A stretch of DNA of 63,130 nucleotides, the filler included, from Sphacelaria rigidula (Eukaryota): the NCBI GenBank assembly GCA_964200075.2. It is 10 parts of 10 records of this genome, joined end to end, with 100 filler letters (N's around TTAATTAATTAA, not from the genome) between each part and the next. Parts side by side here need not be neighbours in the genome. Positions count along the whole stretch, not along the records: positions 6,324 to 12,546 come from CAXNAA020021399.1; positions 12,647 to 18,869 come from CAXNAA020021400.1; positions 18,970 to 25,192 come from CAXNAA020021401.1; 7 more parts are not named here. One strand, 5' to 3'. The position numbers were made by a program, and so were the translations under genes. Below are positions 12,037-23,428 of this stretch, piece by piece (positions within the stretch are counted from its first letter, which is position 1; each line of letters starts with the position of its first letter). The notes beneath the pieces are model-generated. The model did not search any database, was not told where the DNA came from, and worked only from the letters and a program-made list of their open reading frames with translations.

Positions 12037-12546
12037 TGTGTGTGTGTGTTGTCGTCCCATTTATTCTGGGCACCAGTCTACACCTTTCGGTATATGTGGG
12101 CGCATCAGCCGGGGTCACACAGAATAGTGTTTCGTGAATGTGAGAGTAGGAGATACGATTGAGAGTAGAAAGCTGCCAATTCGTGAATAAATCGCTTCAC
12201 TTCCGAAATGCCCCTCCACGAGACCCAATGTGCTTTCTGTTGTGGCTTGCCACCAAGGTCCTTGATATCCCTGAGTAGGATATCGACGTGTAGCTGTGAG
12301 CTCACGCAAGTGATAGAGGCGAAGAAAAGCACACACGGGATGAAAAATTGGTGAGGTCAAAGCGAGTGGTCAAAGTCACTCTCAATCAGCGCTCTACTCT
12401 CAATCAGCGCTCTACTCTCAATCTCACGAAAACGTTGTTACAGGAGGAAGGTCAACACAAGAGCCTTTTCTTTTTTATGTGTTTTTGATACCCCACCTTC
12501 CTTCTGCGGTGCTTGCCTTTACTTTTTTATCGCGAGAGGGGTTCAG
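12037..12546 (-). mobile_element. tRNA-derived SINE 3' half, interrupted at 12123-12439 and cut by the contig end
   Basis: (TG)n tail. The consensus GGTCACACAG|GAGGAAGG is split by the insertion. Confidence 0.8.
12123..12439. mobile_element. 317-bp TIR element with 4-bp TSD (ACAG)
   Basis: Left end AATAGTGTTTCGTGAATGTGAGAGTAG versus reverse-complemented right end AACAACGTTTTCGTGAGATTGAGAGTAG. ACAG is duplicated at 12119-12122 and 12440-12443. Confidence 0.75.
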
Positions 12547-12712
12547 NNNNNNNNNNNNNNNNNNNNNNNNNNNNNNNNNNNNNNNNNNNNTTAATTAATT
12601 AANNNNNNNNNNNNNNNNNNNNNNNNNNNNNNNNNNNNNNNNNNNNGGAGAGGTGGTGTAAGGGGGGGTGAGGGAGGGGGGGGGGAGGGGGGGGGGGGGG
12701 GGACATGATGAG

Positions 12713-12811
12713 CGCCTACTAGGAATGCGAACAGCGCTCCATCTCGAAGTGATGCGTGGTTAACGGTCAAATGAACAAGGCAAACAACAAATGGGTACGC
12801 CCCTCTCCCCT
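12713..12811 (+). mobile_element. LINE family B, 3' fragment
   Basis: GATGCGTGGTTAACGGTCAAATG...GTACGCCCCTCTCCCC. Confidence 0.65.
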
Positions 12812-13283
12812 CACACGCTTCAAAAATAAAGGCTTCATTGCGGGTAGGAAGTGCAGCCCCGACTCTTCACAGTTCATGGTGAAACACCTCTCAGGCGCAG
12901 GCTCAGGCTGTTGGTGAAATCATGTCTGAGATCTAAGGAGTCTCCTGTGCTGTACCAACTAATTGTACTACACCATGAAGTTACGTCATTTATCACACCC
13001 TGGACACTGACAACCTACGACATATTTTGGCGAAAAAGTGTACTGCGTGTAGTATCGTTTTGTTTTTATATTTCGTCCCTTACTCCTCTTGTCTGTTGTA
13101 ATAGACAAAATACTCGATACGGTACTCAGCACAATTTTTGTCCACGTAATCTATCGTCTTTATCCAGGGTGTACATCTTAATTGCTGTATCGTACTCCAC
13201 TGTTGGTCATCATCTTGAACCAGATGGTGCGCATACATTCCCCCCTTCCCCCGCCTACTTCTCCCCCGCCCAGCCATGGTCAC

Positions 13284-13442
13284 CTCCATCCCATCCGATT
13301 CCAAGGCGAACGTGACGTCCCGGGAGTGTTCCGAAAATCCGTAACCGTCTCGGAGCAAAGTCGTCATGTACACTGCCTCCACGCACCGATGGGCCAGGCT
13401 ATCCACAGATCCCGTGAAGTCGTGGGATGCCCTCACCTTGCC
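13284..13442 (-). CDS. GDA1/CD39 family apyrase (NTPDase), exon leading into ACR5
   Basis: TAG| acceptor and |GTGACC donor; 53 codons GKVRASHDFTGSVDSLAHRCVEAVYMTTLLRDGYGFSEHSRDVTFALESDGME, matching the C-x4-Y...LLxDGYGF...DGxEV pattern. Confidence 0.8.
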
Positions 13443-13523
13443 CTATTTTGTTTTCGGGCATAATCGGGGAGAACCGGGGAGGGACGGCGAGATGGGAAGA
13501 GAGCGGATAGGTGGGTGAGTGGG

Positions 13524-13700
13524 AGGGGGTACTCATGATCTTGCATGGCATAGTCATGACACCATTGACCCCGTATTCCTACAAAGCCGGCACAGAGCAC
13601 GCCGGGCTATCGCCGGACCAGGCTCGCAATAGGTCATCAAGCACGAAGCGCCGTGATATGTTTCGCAGATCGTATGAAGGGTGAGCTGCATCTCTTGCAA
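13524..13700 (-). mobile_element. LINE family B2, 3' fragment (relatives at 18735-18790 + and 52838-52967 -)
   Basis: Shares GGTCAATGGT...ATGACTATG...ATCATGAGTAC-polyC with 18735-18790. The body aligns to 52838-52967. Confidence 0.6.
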
Positions 13701-13893
13701 AATTCTGGACGATTGTCTATATTCATTACATTTTGAATGGAGCTGTTGCAACAAAAGATAGCGGTACAACCAGTTGCGGTTCAACGAAACTACGAACTAC
13801 GTACTACAGTTTCATTCGTATCTTTTCACGGAGAGCACCTCTTTCGTGTTGATTCATAGTCCAACTTTTTGAACGAGGTCTCAAGTACGCTAT

Positions 13894-14365
13894 TGCTGGA
13901 GTAAGCGTATTGCCATGATTTGTCAATACTCTAGCAGAGTACCTAGGCCCCGTAAGCTGTAAGATATCTTGTGTGCAAGTTTGCAGTTGATATAAGCTGG
14001 CAAGCAGTAGCGGGGTTGAGTTGGATGATACGATTTGACCCTACGTACGTGTAGAGGTCCTTGCTTCTTGTTCCAGGATTGGGTATGCTTGGAATCGGTG
14101 GTTTCTACCGCCCTTTTAGTCACTCCCCTTCACCACGTCTAGTTCTCTGCTTCGACAAGAGACTGTGCATTCTGTATTATCTTGGCAGGATGAAGAGCCC
14201 AATAAACCATCTGTCTTATTGATTATTATTCCGAGCTGCAGACGCAGGTAGTGGAACAACCACCGTGTAACCTCTCTGTCGTACTACTCTTCCTGCGACG
14301 GTAGTCGGTCTGTTTCGAGAACTACCAAACACCACGAGCCAAATATTTCTCACAGGTTTTGAGCC
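13894..14365 (+). mobile_element. Probable 5' LTR and primer-binding site of a Ty1/Copia element (left boundary uncertain)
   Basis: LTR-like end ...CTCACA (14354) is followed directly by GGTTTTGAGCC, resembling the copia GGTTATGGGCCC half-tRNAiMet PBS. Internal AATAAA; gag follows. Confidence 0.55.
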
Positions 14366-14543
14366 TTCGATTCGCGACCACGTAGTCCATCAGGTCATCA
14401 GCCTTCGATTCGAGACTACGACGGTCAGCACGAGCGAGGAGATGTCACTTCAAGGTCGTCTCAGCAGCGTCAACCAGAAGACCAAGAAATCAGATCATTT
14501 TAAAGGATCTACATGTGTGAAAAGCAAATAAATCCCAAGGCAG

Positions 14544-15925
14544 ATGAATATATCGGAAGAGCCATCTGTAACTCAGCTCATCAGGGGTATCAACAAGGTC
14601 GACCGTACGAAGTTCGTCGAGTGGACGCGCTCTACGCGCGCGATAATTTCCTCGACTCATCCGGGGATTTCTGATACCCTCAACGGGGTTGAACGCCCCA
14701 CAGAAATCAATGGTGAAGCTTTTTCTGAGGTCGATCACCCACATCCAGTCGCCAGATCGACATCGAGAACAAGCCCCATTGTGACCCGTGCCAGAAGCCA
14801 TCAGCAGTCGCCCGCTCGTTCGCCTTCACCATCGGTGGGGACAACCGCGAGAGGCGAGGCGACAGCAGTGGCGGGTGATACTGAAACTGCTGATGATCAA
14901 GCCCAACCTCCTGTTCGAGAAGTGTCTGATCATCCCAGCGTGGCGTCACATGTGAGACAAGTTTTGAACACGCGTGACATAAAAAACTGGGACCGGCATA
15001 ACGAACAGTTGTTCAACTTTTCGTAACTGTCGACAACTGGTTCAGCGGCAAGTTACCTCCTGCGTTTTCAGCCGAAGGGTTTAGAGAAACCAAACGGCAT
15101 ATGTGCGTGAGAAGCTCTGGTAGCTAAATACCAGAATTCATCTTAATAAAGATGCCGCTCACCCATGCGACAACTGGACAAAATGACCATGTCACCAGGG
15201 CAAGATCCGGACGTCTCCCTTGCAAAAATATTCCAGCTGCAAGACGAGCTCGTTCACAGTGGCGAGCCCATCTCCGATGAAAAATTAACTGATATTGTAA
15301 TCGAGGGTCTGACCAGCGACTACGGCCAGATAAAATATAGCGCCGAACGAGTTCCGGACTTCAGCATCGGGGAGATCGAGGGTACCCTGCGCAACATGTA
15401 TGTTGATAGAATAGCACACAAAGTAACAGCGAGCAGATACCATGGCCGTGATTCTTCCACGCTGGCAACTTCCATGCCGAATCATTCCATTAAATCCCCG
15501 GAATTTCGTGCAAAATGCTACTCCTGTGGGAAACCAGGTCATCATATGCGTGACTGCCGTTCTAAAGGGCAGTCAAACCACCGGAACAGGTCTGTAAAAT
15601 GGTGCAGTTTTCACCATACAGACAAACACGACGACTCTGGGTGTAGAAACCAACTGAAAAAGAGGAACGTGAGCACCAACACCGGCGACAACAATGATCA
15701 GCACCGTTGCAGCAACCCCCGTCGTCGCAATAACAACAGCAACAACGGCAGCAGCAACAACCTCGACGGACATCAACGCCAAGCTAATAGTGTCATCGCC
15801 GATCCAGCTTCCACGACAGTACCATTGAATGATCAAGGTTAACATATTTCGACACCTTCGGCTGGAACAGGGATCGATACATGTCAACCACCGAACGGCA
15901 TGGGATTTTCCTTCCTTCCAGGTCT
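14544..15925 (+). pseudogene. gag: Decayed Copia gag (UBN2/Retrotran_gag_2-like, CCHC knuckle); no pol follows
   Basis: ORFs 14544-15026 and 15165-15842 are in the same frame, separated by stops. Motifs MSPGQDPD...LQDEL...GEPISDEKLTDIVIEGLTSDY and CYSCGKPGHHMRDC. Confidence 0.85.
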
Positions 15926-16575
15926 GCCAACGCACACCATGCCTAGGGGAGCGTATGTACGTACCGCCCTTGCCCGAGGGTCTCGTACGCCTTGGGTCGG
16001 GGTTAAGGTTACAGTTAGCGTTATTGTTAGTCTGTTCCGAAAAATCAACCATAGATATACGACCAAAACCCCACGTCGCCTCGACATTTGAGCCACCTGG
16101 ATTCAAGATATCCCTTTGGCTGCAAGGATAGGTAACCTGCGGAATCGGCATCAATTTCGCTTGAAAAAACTACGGCAGAGTTAACTTTCGTTAAGCTACA
16201 AATGTTCATGTTCGACACATTACTTGATTTGAGTGTGTACAACGAGAATCGGATCTTGAGTAAGGCTGACAGTCCCGTGTGCTCTTCGCCTGCACAGAAT
16301 GCGTTTCCGCTCAAATCGGCGCCACAGGCACCGATTTGGGGTCTATCAAAGCCGCCCGTATTGCCCGAAGGTTCTCGGTATGCATTGCGGGTCTACCAAG
16401 GCCGTACTTTGCCTAGGGAATGCTCTGTACCGCCCTTGCCCGAGGGTTCTCGGTATGCGTTGGGTTGGGGTTAGGGTTAGGGTTGGCGTTTGACAAAACA
16501 TAAAAAGAGGGACAAACATAGGGTCAAGCACGTACTTCGAAGTATGTGGTGAAGGTGGGTTGGGGGAGAAACCTC

Positions 16576-16714
16576 CACACCCTGAACAAATGAATAAACA
16601 GTCAAAAGGTGTACTACGTACAGTATTGTCTATTGCGCCTATTGCAATAGACAATAGATTCCATACTGTACGCAGAATATTTCTATTACAAAAGAATTTT
16701 TGGTCCAGGGTGTG
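16576..16714. mobile_element. hAT-like MITE (139 bp)
   Basis: TIRs CACACCCTGAACAAA / TTTGGTCCAGGGTGTG. Perfect 8-bp TSD GAAACCTC at 16568-16575 and 16715-16722. Confidence 0.85.
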
Positions 16715-16734
16715 GAAACCTCACTTGAAAGCAG

Positions 16735-16970
16735 AAGCGGCTGCTCAGCCTCAACGCGTAATTCGCATACAGAGATCATCATCGATACTGTACTTCTGGT
16801 ACTGCTGGGCTGCTCAGCCTCGACGAGTAAATCACATATACAGGTCACCATCCACGCTGTACTTGGTCATCATCCATGCTGTACTTCTGATATTGCTAAC
16901 GAGCTGCCCAGCCGCAACGAGAACTTTGCATACATATGTCATCATCCATACTGTACTTCCGATACTGTTC
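16735..16970. repeat. Degenerate tandem repeat (CATCATCCATACTGTACTT core, ~70-bp period)
   Basis: GCTGCTCAGCCTC occurs twice and CATC(C/G)A(T/C)(A/G)CTGTACTT four times. Confidence 0.65.
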
Positions 16971-17507
16971 ATGCACCGATAAGCCTAATGATCGATTTAT
17001 CACAAAAGCCGTGAAACCTTTGCAAAGAAATAAATTGCATTTTGTCATCTTCCAACCTATCCATAATGTTCTATATGAACACTACTTGATATCATCTTCT
17101 TTCACTCCATTTGCTGTATCTTCCCAGGGTCGAAGGGATATAATTCGTCTAAAAATTACTTGCTTGCTTGCTGCAACCTGATTGACTCTACCGCATGAAT
17201 CAGTCAATCCTTACGCTTCGTTTCCAGCGTTGCACCCCAGCTATGCGCACACCAGGCACGTGTGGTAACAAAGAGCGCAAAATTTTTCGTGGACACGTTT
17301 TTTTCACCCGTGGTCAATTTCTTCTTGTGTCTCTTTCAAGCACTCACGCCGCGTCATAAATCGCAAGATTTCGAGCTAGCGATGATTCGTCCCACCTCTC
17401 TTGTTCGTTTGTTAATCTCCCCTCGTTTCATCCAGCGTTTCCGTTGGGTTTTGTTTCACCCGGGGTTAATACCAGCACGTTGATACTGTGGCCACGACGA
17501 ACTCTTG

Positions 17508-17765
17508 CACGCTTCGGACGAATCATCGCCGGTTCGAATCACCAAGTCCACGATTTTTCAGGCCTGATTGCTCGAAAGAGAGAAAAAAGTCCACCGATGG
17601 TCAAAAAGGTTCCCACGCAACTGTTGCGCCATTCCGCGTGCCTAGGCTGCGCGTACCTGGGTCGCAACGCTGAAAACAAAGCCCAAGGATTGATTCGTCC
17701 GGTAAGAATCAATCACACTAAAATCAAGTAATTTCCAGGCGAATCATTTATTCGTCCGACCCGTG
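17508..17765. mobile_element. hAT-like MITE, family A
   Basis: TIRs CACGCTTCGGACGAAT / ATTCGTCCGACCCGTG. TSD AACTCTTG / AATTCTTG (7/8). Confidence 0.9.
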
Positions 17766-17893
17766 AATTCTTGGGGAGGAGGGGAGGGTGGGAAGGTATC
17801 GGTCGCATCATGTGCGATAACAAATACTCAAATCCGTCAAATTCATCCCAATAATGAATACACAAGATTCATATGCTTCAAACGTACGCTTAC

Positions 17894-18095
17894 CGACTCA
17901 GCATCCTCGTGCATCATAAAGTTCCAGTCCATGGCGCAGAATTCGGAAGTCGCTTGTCTCAGCTCCGCCAGGGAAGGGCTGGGCCATGACGTCAGCTCGG
18001 CCGGGCCGAGATGATGTAGGCAGTGCATTCCGTAAAAAAACACCGACATGGCCAAGAATTGTCCCTTTGGCGGCGGCATCGCTATTCCTCCGACC
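17894..18095 (-). CDS. GDA1/CD39 apyrase, preceding exon
   Basis: CCAG| acceptor and |GTAAGC donor. VGGIAMPPPKGQFLAMSVFFY...PSLAELRQATSEFCAMDW. The phase-0 end matches exon 13284-13442. Confidence 0.8.
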
Positions 18096-19168
18096 CTGGA
18101 AAACATGTTCAAATGACAGATACGAGGACGCTTTCACACACACTTTTTTCGTCGCACTTTGAACCCCGCCCCTTCCTCGGAATGAATCCGTCGTCTCATG
18201 GGATCATCCCATCTCTCCCCCTAAATACTGAAAATGAGCTAGCTCGTTTGGCCCCCCTGTTGCCATATTTGCACCCGTAGAGCACTGGACACCGGGTAAG
18301 CTGAGCAGCGCCAAATGTTGCGCTATTGGCTTCTCTGACCCGTCGGTCACGTATCTTGTGTTCTTGGACCGACGGATCTGAGAGCCATCCTTGATTTTTT
18401 TGAAGGGCTCTCCAACGTGTGAAATATTGTACCACTGGTGATTCTTTTGTTGCAATTGTTATTGTTGATTTGTTGTTGATGTTCAGCTTCCACCATGTCC
18501 GAAAAAAAAAATCCCATGCCATCCCATCCCATCTACTGTCAACTTCTTACTGCCGTCATTGAGTTACCCCTATCTATGTGTCATTTCGTCTTCTAAGAAC
18601 TGAATATATCGGCGAGGCCAGGTGAGACAAAAGGGCTGGCTGGCAACGACGCTCTGACAGCGTCCGATCAACCGACGCGTGACATGCCATTGCGCCATGT
18701 TGATTTTGGGAGCAACTGTATCTCCCCCCCCCCGTGCGAGGTCAATGGTCTTATGACTATGGCATGTATGATCATGAGTACACCCCCCCCCCTCTTCCCC
18801 CCTCCCACCAGGGATGCGTGGTTAATGGTCAAACCACCAAGGCAAGCAAAAAATTTGTACGCCCCCCCCNNNNNNNNNNNNNNNNNNNNNNNNNNNNNNN
18901 NNNNNNNNNNNNNTTAATTAATTAANNNNNNNNNNNNNNNNNNNNNNNNNNNNNNNNNNNNNNNNNNNNGGCATCAGGACGGCAGTCTCCCCCCGTAGGT
19001 CTCTGACTACTCTAGCGACACGCCTTCCTTACACATGCATCGATTGATTTCGCCACTTTCACAGATGGTGACTATCCCGCGGTCGATGTAGCCATAGTCA
19101 CAAGACCGATGAAACGAACGGAAGAAGAAAGTTGAAATAAAAATAAAACGGAACCCCAAGGGCCTCCT

Positions 19169-20355
19169 CTTACGGTTCGCTTATTTTTTGGGCTCGTATT
19201 TTCCACTCTTGACACACTTGACACTGTTTTGGCCGCAAAGTTGAGGATATCGCCGTCATACACGTCTTGGACAGTTTGAGTCTCCCCACCAGGAGGAGTC
19301 TAGCCCACTTTTCCGATGCGCTCGACTCCGAGGTTTTGAGAACAGCCTGTGGACTAATGTACTGCAGGAAAATAGAATGAGGTGTCTGCATACTGCAGTT
19401 TGTTCTCGAATCCTCGGAGTCGAGCGAGTCGGAAAAGTGGGCTCGACCCCTCCGGGTGGGGCGATGCAAAGCGTCCAAGACGTGTAATGGCGATGTTCCC
19501 CACTCTGCGGCCAAAAACCGTGTAAAATGTCTCAAGAGTGGAAATATGAGTCCAAAAAAATACGAACCGTAAGAAACGGCAAAATGAATGGAAAGGAAAA
19601 GAAAGCAAAATAGGTACATGCCGGAAAAAAAGGAGAATAATGAAGAGACAATGAAGAGAGAATGAAGGAATCAGTGTATGGCAGCTTCTCCTGATTCCCG
19701 AAGCTTATTTTCGCACGAATAATTTGCGCGTATGCCGAATCATTCCGACAAGACTTTCAGGTGACGCACCCGGAGAAGCCGGGCAGGGTCATCACCAGGA
19801 AAGTTTCCCGGACACTGAATGCCGCGGTGTACAAATCACTGTACTGGCAACCCTGCTTTGTATCCAACAAGTGATCAGCCGAGGCCAGTATCGAGTCGTC
19901 TTCACTACTGAAGGTGATACACCTACTCGCATCGAGGGACATACATCTGATGGCCCTGCCCGGCTTCTCCGGGTGCGTCACCTGAAAGTCTTGTCGGAAT
20001 GATTCGGCATACGCCCAAATTATTCGTGCAAAATAAGCTTCGAGGAGCAGGGAAAGCTGTCACATACATGCTGATTCCTTCATTCTCTCTTCATATTCTC
20101 CCTTTTTCCCGACACGTGCGTCTTTTACGGCCTTCTTTTCCTTTCTACTCATTACGCCGTTTCTTACGGTTCGTATTATTTGGGACTCATATTTCCAATC
20201 TTGAGATATTTTACACGGTTTTAGGGCGCAGAGTGGAAAATATTGCCATCACACGTCTTGGGCAGTTTTCCAGTCGGGTGTTTGTCCAGAGGTCGTTCTC
20301 GAATCCTCGGAGTCAAGCGATCGGAAACGTGGGCTAGACCTCTCCGGGTGGGGCG
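19169..20355. repeat. Compound foldback array of overlapping long inverted repeats
   Basis: Hairpin at 19169-19573, plus a larger palindrome with arms 19475-19794 and 19948-20261. The outer modules resemble the arms of the MITEs at 32697 and 41655. Confidence 0.85.
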
Positions 20356-21107
20356 GTCATGGTCGACTAGTGACGATATATCGCCATTTTGAAGCATTTT
20401 CTTTTCTCGTTTGGCGTGCGTTCTTCAGGGTTCGCCGAGTTTTCAGTTTCGTATTTCTTGTTCCATCCCCACTTTTGTTTTGATTTCCGTCATTTCTTCT
20501 TTGATATATTTCGTTTTCCTCCTTTTTGTCGATTGATTGCCTCCCCCGTTTCGTTTGAAATCCAGTAGTGAATTTATCGCTTTGTGTGTTTCCTGGTGTG
20601 TTCGGTTGTCCTTGGTGTTATTTTTCATTTCCAATGGAGCGCTCCTGTAGCTTACTTTTGTTTGCTCGAATTTCCTACCTTGCTTCCGCCCGTCTCGCGA
20701 CCATGACCGTATTCGTAGCAAATCAGCCGGGGTGAGATATCAACACATCAATCGATCGATCAATAAGTAAACAAGCCTCTACGCTTTCGAAGCTTTGGAA
20801 CGACCTGTGATATCCAAACGACGCAGAACACAAGACTTGAACCATTTTACGGCGACTCGGCCGGCAACGGCTGTGATGAATATTGTATGGCATCGTGTAC
20901 ATTGTTTTGACCTTTCCTACCGACGAGAGAATCCAGTATACAACCATTAAACTTAAATCAGCCTCGACGACCTAGTATGGGACCCAGCTTCGCGAGGGGT
21001 GCATATCGTCGAACGGAGTCGTCAAATGCACGCAGCTTACAGCTGGTGTGGATTCCGCAGATGTACAGACCGTGAGCGGGGAGGACCAACCGCTATTCCC
21101 CCCCCCT

Positions 21108-21724
21108 GGTTGACTCACAGATGGCATGCGAACTTGCTTGAGGTAGGTATGCACTCTGGCGTAGGACTACGGCACGTTATACGAAGTATTATTCACGATG
21201 TACTCACCATATTCGCTAACTCGGGGCCACAAGTAACGATAATATATGCTGCGAGAGCGGCGATTGCGCCTGGCCCTTGCTGTTCTTCACGACACGCTTG
21301 AGACACTCGACGTGACAGTCCACGACTGCCGCTCGGTGGTCCTTGTGGCACTTGGATCTCACCGACGGCATGTTCTTCGTCACACCTGCCGAGACCGGGT
21401 GCGGAGGGATCGCAGAGAATCGGGGGTAAGGCGGGGGGAGGCGTGTCACGAAGAACATGCCGTCGGTGAGATCCAAGTGCCGCAAGGACCACCGAGAGGC
21501 AGTCGTGGACTGTCACGTCGAGTACCTCAAGCGTGTCGTGAAGAACAGCAAGGGGCCAGGCGCAATCGCCGCTCTCGCAGCATATATCATCGTTTACTTG
21601 TGGCCCCGAGTTAGCGAAGATGGTGAGCACATTGTAAATATATACTTCGTATAACGTGCACGTAGTCCTGCGCCAGGGTGCATACCTACCTCAAGAAAGT
21701 TCGCATGCCATCTGTGAGTCAACC
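21108..21724. repeat. ~280-bp-arm inverted duplication with a ~57-bp loop
   Basis: Arms 21108-21385 and 21443-21724 are reverse complements with scattered mismatches and small indels. Confidence 0.92.
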
Positions 21725-23428
21725 GGTGCATGTTCAGCCTCCCACCCGCTTGTGCCCATATCGCAGTCGTGCTGATGTGTGGCCTCTCGCGTACTCCGGC
21801 CCTCTCCCAGAGCGATGAAGACGACTGCCGCGCCACAATAAGCGCTGCAGGTAGGACGATGGGCGCCGCCCGCCACTGGCTTCCCGCGGGGCCTTACCCG
21901 AATGAAGGACTGGAGCAAACGACCCCGGGGGAATTGTACGGTGACCACCGAACCGACTACTTCAACGCCGTGAGTAATGTGGTAGCGTGCTGTGGGACCG
22001 TCGAGAGCTTCCGAATCAGCTCGCAACGTACATAGCTTCGCCGATGGTGTAAGCAGTCATTGCAGCTGTCAACGTGTAGTACTACTTCGTGTTCGAACAC
22101 TTCTCTCAACTGGGCTCGCTGTCTGGATATGATTGAATTGTCATCTTATTATAGTGCGGTGCACTTGTGCTGGAACAGCCGGTGTATGCCACCCCTCATG
22201 TTTGCGCACATCATGGTAGCATCGAACTGCGGAGGGTAGACGAGACATCGACCGGAGAAAGGCATGCACGTGTCAGGCGTGCATTTTCCACTATCCAACC
22301 GAAATTCAACTTTCGTTACAAACTTCGTATCTCGGTGACCTATGCCTGTGTTGTGGAGTATGCACCCGTACCTATGGTCCGAACTCGAAATCAATCATGA
22401 TCTCTTGAACAACCGATCACGGTAATTGAGAACCGACTTGTTATTGAGAACGCGAAGGTTTTCGGACATTTTACGAAGGACGATGGCCGAATAGCGGGAA
22501 ACGTTTCGAGACTTTTGTGGAGGCCCCAGAAGTTAGCTTTCCCGCTATGCTGGCCCTTTCTGAATCGAGGCATGGGGTGAGGAAAGTTGAGCCCGACGAG
22601 GACGAAAATAAGCAAGTAATAAGAAAACCTTTCTCGACATATTCATATCTCGTCATCCTATGACTCTATTAAGTAAAGGCAAACAGTAGGTAAAAGCTAA
22701 TACTCGGGGCTTTAACAATTGTCTCGGAACGTTTTTCGCAGTTTCGCGACCGTTGTCGGTAGAATTCCAATCACCATGATCGGTTATTATTGGTGGATTT
22801 CTGCCCCGATCATTTCGCATACCTTCTTCACACCTCTCCTGCAGTTTGCGTCGGGTCGCAACCCCCCATCTCCTCCCGTCATCGGAGCGCACTGACGCGA
22901 ATAATCAACCCTTTATCGGCGGAAGTTGGGCAGCATCAGCGACAGGCCTGCCCGTGCGACGCCAATTAGCCCCCTACATATTCCTAGACAATCACTGTGC
23001 CATCAGGTCAACTGTCGATATAAGAAGTGATGCAAAGAATGAAAGCTTCCTAGTGCTCGCGACATGGAGTTATGCCCTAAGTTATAATGGCACGAGCAAG
23101 AATACCGCAATCGATTCGCCGCCTTCACCGCCGGAGCCGACGGCAAGGTACGCGTGAGATGTGCAAATATTTAGAGAACGTATTCCTTCTTGTCTACGTC
23201 GTTCTGTGCCCTTTTCCGACCGCAGGTCTTGCGTCCGCTTGGTGAAGTCTTGGCGAGAGACGCCAAGCACCACCTTTCCCACCTGCAACCGCAGGCCATC
23301 CATGAAGACATGTAGAATGGAGACCCGGATCCCGGCGACGACTATGACCCCGCCGGGTTCAACGCCACGGCGGCTGCAGAAGTTCCTCGACAATTACCGC
23401 CGTTGCCCCGTAGGGGGCGGTAATTAGG
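21443..23428 (+). pseudogene. Unidentified spliced gene remnant
   Basis: Intron 21623-21766 (GTGAGC...CGCAG) joins ...WPRVSED|VVLMCG in phase. Donor GTGAGT at 21970. Intron 23148-23225 joins ...AGADGK|VLRPLGE, with in-frame stops nearby. Confidence 0.45.

Noticed and set aside
21176..21655. loxP half-site-like TTATACGAAGT / ACTTCGTATAA pair
   Set aside because: Only an 11-bp resemblance. The symmetry is a by-product of the large inverted duplication and the 8-bp spacer geometry is absent.
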